NCBI RefSeq assembly: GCF_963921235.1
Contig: NC_086101.1
Span: 1,178,001 to 1,242,000, forward strand
Origin: Mobula hypostoma
Lineage: Eukaryota
Length of the DNA stretch: 64,000 nucleotides
Reading direction: 5' to 3'
Both the position numbers and the translations under genes were made by a program. Under the pieces are notes generated by a model, which saw nothing but the letters and a program-made list of their open reading frames with translations, ran no database searches and was not told where the DNA came from. Shown here piece by piece: positions 11,975 through 23,699 of the stretch (its first letter is position 1; the number at the start of each line of letters is the position of its first letter).

Positions 11975-13870
11975 TACCAACACCACTCACAACATCACCA
12001 ACACCATCTCCACACACACCATCAAAACTCACACTGTCACCAGCAGCATTCATACCATCAACAGTCACACCATCACCGTTAGCACTCACACAATCACCAT
12101 CACCACTCACACTAACACCACTCAATCACTATCACAACTCACACAGTTACCATCACCACTCTCACCATCACCCCTCACACCATCACCATCACCACTCACA
12201 CTATCACCAACACCACTCAATCACTATCACAACTCACACTATCACCATCACCACTCACACCAACACCACTCAATCACTATCACAACTCACACAGTTACCA
12301 TCACCACTCACACCATCACCATCACCACTCACACTATCACCAACACCACTCATACCATCACCACTCAATCACCATCACAACTCACACAGTTACCATCACC
12401 ACTCTCACCATCACCATCACCACTCACACTATCACCAACACCACTCACACCATCACCACTCAATCACCATCACAACTCACACAGTTACCATCACCACTCA
12501 CACTATCACCATCACCACTCTCACCATCACCATCACCACTCACACCATCACCATCACCACTCACACCATCACCACTCAATCACCATCACAACTCACACAG
12601 TTACCATCACCACTCACACTATCACCATCACCACTCTCACCATCACCATCACCACTCACACCATCACCATCACCACTCACACTATCGCCATCACCACTCT
12701 CACCATCACCATCACCACTCACACCATCACCACTCACACCATCACCACTCAATATCACAACTCACACAGTTACCATCACCACTCTCACCATCACCATCAC
12801 CACTCACACTATCACCATCACCACTCACACCATCACCATCACCACTCAATCACCATCACAACTCACACAGTTACCATCACCACTCACACTATCACCATCA
12901 CCACTCACACCATCCCCATCACCACTCACACCATCACCACTCAATCACCATCACAACTCACACAGTTACCATCACCACTCACACCATCACCATCACCACT
13001 CACACCATCACCACTCACACTATCACCATCACCACTCTCACCATCACCACTCACACCATCACCATCACCACTCACACTATCACCATCACCACTCTCACCA
13101 TCACCATCACCACTCACACCATCACCATCACCACTCACACCATCACCACTCAATCACCATCACAACTCACACAGTTACCATCACCACTCTCACCATCACC
13201 ATCACCACTCACACTATCACCATCACCACTCACACCATCACCACTCAATCACCATCACAACTCACACAGTTACCATCATCACTCACACCATCACCATCAC
13301 CACTCACACCATCACCACTCAATCACCATCACAACTCACACAGTTACCATCACCACTCACACTATCACCATCACCACTCACACCATCACCATCACCACTC
13401 ACACCATCACCACTCAATCACCATCACAACTCACACAGTTACCATCACCACTCACACTATCACCATCACCACTCTCACCATCACCATCACCACTCACACC
13501 ATCACCACTCAATCACCATCACAACTCACACAGTTACCATCACCACTCTCACCATCACCATCACCACTCACACCATCACCATCACCACTCACACCATCAC
13601 CACTCAATCACCATCACAACTCACACAGTTACCATCACCACTCACACCATCACCATCACCACTCACTCACCATCACAACTCACACAGTTACCATCACCAC
13701 TCACACTATCACCATCACCACTCACACCATCACCACTCAATCACCATCACAACTCACACAGTTACCATCAGCACTCACACTATCACCATCGCAATTCACA
13801 CCATCAACATCTGCATTAACACCATCACCATTAATGCACCATCAGCAATGGCATTATCACCTTCAGCACT
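11975..13870. repeat. CACCAT/CACCACTCA minisatellite
   Basis: Mosaic of CACCAT, CACCACTCA and CACAACTCACACAGTTA modules; produces spurious His/Thr/Ser-Pro ORFs. Confidence 0.95.
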
Positions 13871-13903
13871 CATTCCGTCAATATTCTCGCCACACCACTG
13901 ATA

Positions 13904-14736
13904 CCGGGGCGAAGTTAAGATGGCGCCAAAAGGCAGCTCCTTTGCTTGTATCTTCAGAAATAGCTTTATTTCTATCTTTGACATCTCTTTTGTTCCTTTT
14001 CAGGGTTAGGGGGGTTCTTCTGAAGACCTTGACCTGGAGTTACAATCTGACTTTGGATATTTGCGGGAGTGGGACCCACTCTCAGGGCCTCTCGACCGAC
14101 CACTTTTTGATATCCCAAGGACGTGGCCTGGAAGACGAACACACCTTCAGAGTTCCAGGATTTTGTGGCTCTGGGGACATGCTGATTCGAGGCTGGTGCC
14201 CCTGACTGAAGCGTCGCGGAACATTAGGAGCAGTGTGTTAGCTATCGGGCGTTGTGTGCCCGGAGAGCTGCGCCTTTTTGCTGCCGACTCTCTGGGCACA
14301 GAGCTTGGAAAAAGCGACGCAACAGACTTTTAATATCGTAAATCAGCGAGTTGTTTGTTATGTCTCCCCTCTCGCTGTGAAACGGGGACGCCTCTTTCTC
14401 CCTTATTAGGGAGAGAGAGAGCCTGTGGTATGTCGAACGAGTAGTCTTTGGGGTACTGCAAGTCTGTGTCTTTACTGATGCCTCATTGCACGCTTGAGTG
14501 CTCGGTGAAGGATGCAGATGCTTTTTAACTGCTGGGGGTTAGGGAGTTACTGCCTTGCTGGTGCTGGTGCTTGGGAGGGGGACTTGGCGGGGGGCTTTGG
14601 GGTTCTAATGTTTTAACTGTCATTCAGTTTTTGGGGCACTCCTCTGTTTTCGTGGATGTCTGCGAAGAAAAAGAATTTCATTATGTATATTGTAGACATT
14701 TCTCTGACATTAAATGAACCTATTGAAACCTATTGA
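13904..14736 (+). mobile_element. Non-autonomous retroposon family B, copy 1
   Basis: ~830 bp; AAGATGGCGCC near the 5' end; ATTAAA plus tandem (ACCTATTGAA) tail; homologous to 55110-55929; TGATA on both sides. Confidence 0.75.
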
Positions 14737-14749
14737 TAGCATCATGATG

Positions 14750-17010
14750 AGTATTCACCACTCACACTATCTCAATCACCTCTCATACAATCAACATCAC
14801 CAGACACACCATCACCGATCATAGTGTCACATTGACCACTCACACCATCACCATTGTCATTCACACCATCACCACTCAAACAATCACCATAGTGTCACAT
14901 TCAGCGCTCACACCGTCACCATCGTCATTCGCACCATCACCAAACAATCACCACCCACAGTGTCACATTCAGCACTCACACCATCACCATCGTCATTCAC
15001 ACCATCACCTCTCACACAATCACCATCAACAGACACATCATCAACACTCACACCATTACCATCATCATTTGCACCACCACCATCACTGTCACCTCTCACA
15101 CAATCACCATCAACAGACACATCATCACCACTCACACCATCACCATCGTCATTCACACCATCACCTCTCACACAATCACCATCAACAGACACATCATCAC
15201 CACTCACAGCGTCACATTCACCACTCACACCATCACCATCGTCATTCACACCATCACCTCTCACACAATCACCATCAACAGACACACAATCACCACTCAC
15301 AGCGTCACCGTCATTCACACCATCACCTCTCACACAATCACCATCAACAGACACACAATCACCACTCACACCATCACCATCGTCATTCACATCATCACCT
15401 CTCACACAATCACCATCAACAGACATATCATCACCACTCACACCATCACCATTGTCATTCACACCATCACCACTCAAACAATCACCATAGTGTCACATTC
15501 AGCGCTCACACCGTCACCATCGTCATTCGCACCATCACCAAACAATCACCACCCACAGTGTCACATTCAGCACTCACACCATCACCATCGTCATTCACAC
15601 CATCACCTCTCACACAATCACCATCAACAGACACATCATCAACACTCACACCATTACCATCATCATTTGCACCACCACCATCACTGTCACCTCTCACACA
15701 ATCACCATCAACAGACACATCATCACCACTCACACCATCACCATCGTCATTCACACCATCACCTCTCACACAATCACCATCAACAGACACATCATCACCA
15801 CTCACAGCGTCACATTCACCACTCACACCATCACCATCGTCATTCACACCATCACCTCTCACACAATCACCATCAACAGACACACAATCACCACTCACAG
15901 CGTCACCGTCATTCACACCATCACCTCTCACACAATCACCATCAACAGACACATCATCACCACTCACAGCGTCACATTCACCACTCACACCATCACCATC
16001 GTCATTCACACCATCACCTCTCACACAATCACCATCAACAGACACATCATTACCACTCACACCATCACCATCGTCATTCACACCATCACCTCTCACACAA
16101 TCACCGTTAACAGACACATCATCACTACTCACACCGTCACCATCGTCATTCACACCATCACCTCTCACACAATCACCATCAACAGACACACAATCACCAC
16201 TCACACCATCACCATCGTCATTCACACCATCACCTTTCACACAATCACCATCAACAGACACATCATCAACACTCACACCATCACCATCGTCATTCACACC
16301 ATCACCTTTCACACAATCACCATCAACAGACACATCATCACCACTCACACCGTCACCATCGTCATTCACACCATCACCTCTCACACAATCACCATCAACA
16401 GACACACAATCACCACTCACAGCGTCACCGTCATTCACACCATCACCTCTCACACAATCACCATCAACAGACACACAATCACCACTCACACCATCACCAT
16501 CGTCATTCACATCATCACCTCTCACACAATCACCATCAACAGACACATCATTACCACTCACACCATCACCATCGTCATTCACACCATCACCTCTCACACA
16601 ATCACCATCAACAGACACATCATCACCACTCACACCATCACCATCGTCATTCACACCATCACCTTTCACACAATCACCATCAACAGACACATCATCACCA
16701 CTCACAGCGTCACATTCACCACTCACACCATCACCATCGTCATTCACACCATCACCTCTCACACAATCACCGTCAACAGACACATCATCACCACTCACAC
16801 CGTCACCATCGTCATTCACACCATCACCTCTCACACAATCACCATCAACAGACACACAATCACCACTCACACCATCACCATCGTCATTCACACCATCACC
16901 TCTCACACAATCACCATCAACAGACACACAATCACCACTCACACCAACAGCATCACAACTCACACCATAACCATCACTATTAACACACTATCACTCACAC
17001 AATCACCACT
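14750..17010. repeat. ~72-bp unit minisatellite with a 598-bp higher-order duplication
   Basis: Unit translates as TPSPSSFTPSPLTQSPSTDTSSPL (24 codons); the diagnostic block CAATCACCATAGTGTCACATTCAGCGCTC recurs at 14881 and 15479. Confidence 0.92.
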
Positions 17011-17014
17011 CAAA

Positions 17015-18190
17015 GAACATAGAAACCTGCAGCACACAAGCCCTTTGGCCCACAATGCTGTGTGAACTATGCATCCTACTCAATACGTGGAACTATAACG
17101 TTGAGGCCATTCCAGAGACTTGGATGACACGGGCAGGACTGGCTGCTGAGTGTGCTGGGGTTTAGATGTTTCCAAATGGTGAGGGAGGGAGGCACAGGAG
17201 GTGGGGGACTGGCACTGCTAATCATTTATGGATTTATGGAATCCGTTACCACATACAGCTGTGGAGGCCCGATCATTGAGGGTGTTTAAGGAGGAGATTG
17301 ATAGGTATCTAATTAGTCAGGGTATCAAGGGGTATGGGGAAAAAGCCGGAAATTGGAACTAGATGGGAGAATAGTTTAGCTCATGGTGGAGTGGCGGAGC
17401 AGACTCGATGGGCCGAATGGCCTATCTCCGCTCCTTTGGCTTGTGATCTTGTGATCAGGAATAGTACCAGGGCTGTAGAAAATAAGGAGACCATGGAGGG
17501 ATTGTCTACTGAGTCATTGTGTGTGGAAGTCACAATGGAAGGGGGCAATAACTACTGGGTATTTGTATAGACCCTCAGTCGTAAAAGAGACATTGCGGAG
17601 CAGATAGAGAAGCAGATTCTGGAATGGTGCAATAATAATAGGGTTGTTGTGATGGGATATTTTAACTTTCCTAATACTGGAATCAACTTAGTGCAAGCGG
17701 TTTAGATGGGGTGGAGTTTGTTAGGTGTGTTCAGGAAGGTTTCCTGACACAATATGTAGATAAGCCAACTGCAGGAGAGGCTGTACTTGAGCTGGTATTG
17801 GGAAATGAAACTAGTCAGGTGTCAGATCTCTCGGTGGGAGAGCATTTTGGAGTTAGTGATCACATCTCTATCTCTTTTATCATACCACTGGAGAGGGATA
17901 GGAGCAGACAATTTGAGAAAACATTTAATTGAGGTAGGGGGAAACATGATGCTATTAGGCAGGAACTTGGGAACATAAATTGGGAGCAGATGTTCTCAGG
18001 GAAATGCACGGCGGCATTGAAGAGGGTCAGAGGAGGTTTGCAAGTATGATTCCAGGAAAGAAAGGGTTATCATACAAGGAACCTTTGATGTCTCTGGGTC
18101 CGTACTTGCTGGAATTAGAACCATAGAATCATAGAAACTACAGTACAGAAACAGGCCTTTTGGCCCTTCTTGGCTGTGCCGAACCATATT
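17015..18190. mobile_element. Mosaic of CR1 fragments (EN region and 3' ends on both strands)
   Basis: EN-region ORF 17711-17932 (EFVRCVQEGFLTQYV); CR1 tails at ~17015 (-), ~17450 (+) and ~18120 (-). Confidence 0.75.
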
Positions 18191-19010
18191 CCTACCCTCA
18201 CTGGCATGTAGCACAGGTAGCAATCCTGAGATTACCACCCTCGAGGTCCTGCTTTTCAACTTCCTACCAAGCTCTCTATACTCACTCTCCAGGACCTCCT
18301 CACTCTTCCTTGCTATGTCATTGGTACCGATGTGCACCACGACATCTGGCTGGTCACCCTCCCACTTCAGAATGTCATGCAATCGATCAGAGACATCCTT
18401 AACCCTGGCACCCGGGAGGCAACAAACCATCCTAGATTCTCTGTCACGACCACAGAACCTCCTATCTGTACCTCTAACTATCGAGTCCCCTATCACTACC
18501 GCTCTCCTCTTTTCCACCCTCCCTTCTGCACTGCAGAGCCAGACTCAGTGCCAGAGATCCGGCTACTGCAGCTTGTCCCAGGTAGGTCACCCCCCCAACA
18601 GTATCCAATGCGGTATACTTGTTGTTGAGGGGAATGGCCACAGGGGAACCCTGCTCTGCCTGCCCTTTCCTCTTCCCTCGCCCGACAGTGACCCAATTTC
18701 CTGTCCTCTGCTCCTTTGGTGTAACTACCTCCCTGTAGCTACTATCTATAATCTCTTCATTCTCCCGAATGATCCGCAGGTCATCCAGCTCCTGCTCCAG
18801 TTCCCTAACGCGGTTTGTTAGGAGCTGTCTCACTCTGACTCAGTCCACTCCGACGATGGCCGCTGTATATGGTGGTCTGCTTTTAAACCTTGGCGTGCTA
18901 CGTCACACGCCTGCGCAGGTCAGACCCTTCTCCCCAGCAGTGTTAAACAAAAAACAACTTTTTCTTCCCGATTTCTTCCACTCGCTTCTTCAGCCGTTTG
19001 CTTCGACTGA
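18190..19010 (-). mobile_element. CR1 5'UTR + ORF1 (coiled coil + SGNH esterase)
   Basis: NRVRELEQELDDLR coiled coil; VVIGDSIVRG, CCLPGARV, VHIGTND esterase motifs. Confidence 0.88.
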
Positions 19011-19024
19011 AACAAGAACCGTTG

Positions 19025-21110
19025 AAATTCAGAAAGATGAGGGGGGGATCTCATTGAAACCTTTCGAATATTGAAAGGACTAGACAGAGTAGATGTGAGA
19101 AAGATGTCTTCCATGGTAGGGAAGTCTAGGATGAGGGCACAGCCTCAGGATAGAGGGGTGCCCTTTCAAAAAAGAGATGTGGAGACATTTCTTTAGCCAA
19201 AGAGTGGTGAATTTGTGGAATTTGTTGCCACATGCAGCTGTGGAGGCCAGGTCGTTGGGTGTATTTAAGGCAGAGATTGATAGTTTCTTGATTGAACATG
19301 GCATCAAAGGTTACAGGGAGAAGGCTGGGAACTGGGATTGAGGAGGAGATAGAAAAAATGGATCAGCCATGATTGAATGGCAGAGCAGATTCGATGGGCC
19401 AGATGGCTGAATTCTGCTCCTATGTCTTATGGTCTTATGGCAGATATGTGGCAAATGTTTAGAGAACATGGCAATCTGCATGGGTATGTTCCACTGAGGC
19501 AGGGAAAAGTATGGCAGAGTAAAAGAACCATAGATTTACAAAGAATGTAGAAAATCCAGTTAAGAAGAAAAGCTTATGGAAGCTTAAGGTACTGATAGAG
19601 CTCTAGAAAATTACAAGGGTGCCAGGAATAAATTTGGAGGGCTAGAAGGGGCCATGAGAAGGCCTTGGCGAGCAGGATTATGGAAAACCCCAAGGCACTC
19701 TGCAAGTATATGACGAGCAAGAGGATGAGCCATGTGAGAATAGGACCAAACAGGAGCGAGAGAGGAAACATATGCATGGGGTTGGAGGAGGTAGTGGAGG
19801 TACTTAATGGATACGTTGCTTCAGTATTCACCAGTGAAAAGGACCTTGGCGATTGTGGGAATGACTTACAGAGGACTGAAATGCTTGAGTGTATATACAT
19901 TAAGAAAAAGGATTTGCTGGAGCTTTTGAATGGTATTCAGTTAGATAAGTCACCTGGACCTGACAAGATTTACTCCAGGCTACTGTAGGATGTGACGGAG
20001 GAGACTGCTGAGCCTCTGGCGATGATCTTTGCATCATCAATAGGGACTGGAGAATTGTAAGGTTGCAAACATTGTTCCCTTGTTCAAGAAGGGAGCAGAG
20101 ATAACCCAGGAAATTATAGACCATTGAGTCTTACTTCAGTGCAGGACAAGATGTTGGAGAAGGTTCAGAAAGGCAAAATTTATGAGGATTTAGAGAGACA
20201 TAATCAGATTAGGAATAGCCAGCCCGGCTTTGCCAAGGGCAGGTCGTGCCTTATGAACCTGATTGAATTCTTTGTGGATGTGACTAAACACATTGATGAA
20301 GGTAGAGCAGTGGATGTAGTTTCTAGATTTCATTAAGGTATTTGATTAGGTTCCCAATGCAAGGCTCATTCAGAAAGTAATGAGACATGGGATCCAAGGA
20401 GACCTTACTTTGTGGATCCAGAATTGGCTTGCACACAGAAGGCAAAGGGTGGTTGTGAATGGTTTGTATTCTGCATGGAGGACAGTGACCAATGGTGTCC
20501 CACAGGGATCTGTTCTGGGACTCCCCCTCTTTGTGATTTTATAAATGACCTGGATGAGGAACTAGGAGGGTGGGTTAGTAAGTTTGCTGATGATACATAA
20601 GTTGGGAGAGTTGTGGATAGTCTGGAGGGCTGTCAGAGGTTATAGGAGGACATCAATAGGATGCAGAACTGGGCTGAGAAATGGCAGATGGAATTAAACC
20701 CAGATAATTGTGTAGTAGTTCATTTCGGTAGGTCAAATTTGAAGACAGAATATCATATTGGCAGTGTGGAGGATCAGCAAGATCTTGGGGTCCGCGTCCA
20801 TAGGACACTCAAAGCTGCTGTGAAAGTTGACAGTGCTTGGAAGTAGGTACAAGGGGGATGTCAGAGGTAAGTTTTTCATCAGAGAGTGGTGGTTGTGTGG
20901 AATGCACTGCCAGCAACGGTGGTAGAGGTGGATATAATAGGGTCTTTTAAGAGCCTCTTAGATAGGTGCATGGAGCTTAGAAAAATAGAGAGGTATGCGG
21001 TAGGGAAATTCTAGGCAGTTTCTAAATTAGGTTACATGGTCGGCACAACATTGTGGTCTGAAGGGCCTGTAATATGCTGTAATATCCTGCATATGTATGT
21101 TCTCTGTGCT
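19025..21110 (+). mobile_element. CR1 3' end (19025-19440) followed by a decayed CR1 ORF2 with tail
   Basis: ENPKAL..Y, KSPGPD, SQPGF.KGRSC, SKFADDT, WAEKWQM; deletion ~20840; tails at ~19440 and ~21110. Confidence 0.85.
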
Positions 21111-21111
21111 A

Positions 21112-22405
21112 TGTAATTGGATAGTATGCTTTCGCAAATAAAACAAAGTGCAGTGTTTTACGTTTAATGAAACCCATAACACATTTTGTTGAACTCCAAA
21201 ACCAAAACCTAAACATGAAATTGTGCAATAACATCATGTCAGAGGAAACTCTTAAAGTGAAACTCAATGTTGGTGGTTGTGAATGATGTACATATATCTC
21301 AGTTACGACGAATGATTGACGGTAGAAGGAGATGAGTTACTAACTTCAAACTTTCTGCATAATCATTCAAAGGGCTGACCTGCATGTGCATGTAACGAGA
21401 GCTGTATAATTCATCTCCTTCTAACTTAGGCCACGAACCTATCAATCACCCCTGCTGTGGACACTTTCTGGGGTCCAAGATCCGTATGCTCCACGACCGC
21501 CGGACTAAGTGTGTAAATGTAGGAGCGGACTATGTTGAAAAATAAATGTGCTAGGTTTTTAAAAATTGACTCCTTCTACCTTAGGCCACGAACTTATCAA
21601 TCACCCCTCGTATGTTACCCTGCACAGCAGCCCCCCACCCTCAACCAATTTGCTAAAACAGCCATTGTGAGCCTGTGTGGAGCTGGGACGAGCTGCCCGA
21701 CTTGGGTCCTGTGCTCCATAGGTGGAGGAACAGCAGGAGCCTTTGGCTCATCCAGAGATGCACTGACACGCTGATGGTCATGTTGTGACATCAGGGAGCA
21801 TGGTAGCAGAATACTCCAAGTACTGGTGGGCTGGTGTAATGCGATCTACTGAAATATGCTCAAGTTTACCCCTCAAATCGAGTCTTTTCTTCCCATTCCA
21901 AAACAAAGAATGAGCCATTGTAAGTGGCGGGCGGGGTGGGGGGGGGCGCTTAGCGGGTGCTTGTGTGTGTCATGGGGGATGAAAACGAACGAGGTAGAAC
22001 ATAGGTCAACAGGAACCCAGGAATGCTGTACGCTAGGATGGGAGCTCGGAATAGGTGAAAAGGAATTGAATTTACTAAGGAGGAAGGAACGCTGTTGAGA
22101 GACCAACCGGGTGGTCATGGCATCAGGGATGAAATCGCCTGGCATTCATAACAGCTGCCCGTTCACTGGCTCAGCCACGGATAACCGCAGGTCCTCTTCT
22201 GAAGCAGTTCTGAGCCACAGCAGGACACATGGGAGACAATCATGCCAACACTCATTGGGCAGGGAGGCCCTCAGAGCAGCCTTTAAGGAGCAGTGAAACT
22301 GTTCCATTGCCATTGGTCTGTGGGTGATACACTGTGGTGTGATGTATCCTAATGCCAAGACTCTGGACAATCACAGCCCAGAGGTCTGAAATGAATTGGG
22401 GACTT
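21112..22405 (-). mobile_element. Gypsy LTR retrotransposon 3' portion (integrase, PPT, 3' LTR)
   Basis: Integrase core PQFISDLW...HHTTVYHPQTNG..EQFH.SLKAAL...LP.VLL.LRTA at 22090-22405; purine tract at ~21630-21642; TG...CA LTR 21112-21626 with ATTAAA, interrupted by a MITE. Confidence 0.7.
21306..21610. mobile_element. Mariner-type MITE
   Basis: Flanked by TA (21304-5, 21611-2); right TIR CTCCTTCTACCTTAGGCCACGAACTTATCAATCACCCCTCG; decayed left TIR; extra internal TIR copy ~21415-21452. Confidence 0.75.
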
Positions 22406-22696
22406 GTAAATATGACTTCCGGTAAGATGGCGGTGCATTTGAACGTAGCAACCTCTCGGGGGTACATTCTTCTTTTTAAGATGTGTTTCTTATGGTTGTA
22501 AGACTATACTATACTATACTCCAAGATCAACCAGTAAAGCAGATCTACCAATTCAATTGAATTGAAATGTATTGACTTTATTACTTCCATCCTTCATATA
22601 CATGAGGAGTAAAAATCTTTACCTTCTGTTTCCTTCTAAAAGTGCAATGTGCATTTTATAGTAATTTATAATAAATAGTATATACAACAAAATAAT

Positions 22697-23697
22697 TATG
22701 GGAGATTTCAACATGCAGGACGATTGGGAAAATCAGGTTGGAAATGGATCTCAAGAGAGAGAGCTTGATAAATGCCTACAAGATGGCTTTTTAGAGCAAT
22801 TTGTAGTTGAGCCTTCTAGGGGATCAGCAATACTGGATTGGGTGTCATGTAATAAACCAAAGGGATTTAGGGAGCTTTAAGTAAAATAACTCTGAGGAGG
22901 CAGTGATCACAATATGATTGAGTTCAACCTGCAATTTGATAGGGAGAAAGTAAAGTCTGATGCAGCAGTATTTCAGTGGAGTAAGAGAAATTACAGTGAG
23001 AGAGAGGTGTTGGCCAGAGTAAATTGGAAACAGTTGCTGGCAGGGATATCAGCAGAGCAGCAACGGCGTGCGTTTCTGGGAAAAAATGAGGAAGGTGCAG
23101 GACATGTTTATTCCAAAAATGAAGAAATACTCAAATAGCAAAATAGTGCAACCGTGGCTAAGTAAGAGTTTGGCACGGACTAGAAGGGCCGAGATGGCCT
23201 GTTTCCGTGCTGTAATTGTTATATGGTTATATGGTTACATGGCTGACAAGGGAAGTCAAAGCTAATGTAAAAACAGAGAGAAAACAACAAAGCAAAAAAT
23301 ACGGGGAAGATAGAGGATTGAGAAGTTTTTAAAAACTTACAGAGATCAACTAAAAGAATTATTAGAAGGGAAAGATGAAATATGAAAGCTAGCTAGCAAA
23401 TAATATCAAAGTGGATAGGAAAAGCTTTTTCAAGAATGTTAAAAATAGAAGAGAAATGAGAGTGGATATGGGACAGCTAGAAAATGATGCAGGAGAAATA
23501 ATAACGGGGGGCGGGGTAGGAGATGGCAGATGAACTCAATGGGTATTTTGCACCAGTCTTCACTGTAGAAGACACTAGCAGTGTGCCAGATGTTGAAGGG
23601 TGTGAGGGAAGAGAAGTGGGTGTAGTTACTGTTACAAGGGAGAAGGTGCTCAAAAAGCTGAAAGACCAAAGGGTACCTTAGTCACCCGGACCAGATG
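22697..23697 (+). mobile_element. CR1 ORF2 fragment containing an ~80-bp CR1 tail insertion (23160-23240)
   Basis: MGDFNM..DW, DGFLEQFV.EP.RG.AILD; insert ends in (TATATGGT)n and is flanked by TGGCT. Confidence 0.8.
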
Positions 23698-23699
23698 AA

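Larger units (their letters stand above)
10906..11975 (-). mobile_element. CR1 endonuclease-region fragment split by a Penelope-like insert
   Basis: CR1 sequence continues across 11010/11620 (…TTCAAATTG | …ACTCAATCATATTG). Confidence 0.65.

Noticed and set aside
11958..16970. 647-aa and 712-aa His/Thr/Ser-Pro-rich ORFs resembling histidine-rich or mucin proteins
   Set aside because: They are translations of C/A-rich minisatellites lacking stop codons; they drift between frames and have no unique domain or splice context
17996..18833. SGNH/GDSL esterase ORFs as host enzymes (also 44974-45528 and 50172-50461)
   Set aside because: These are the known ORF1 esterase of CR1 elements, in element context and disrupted
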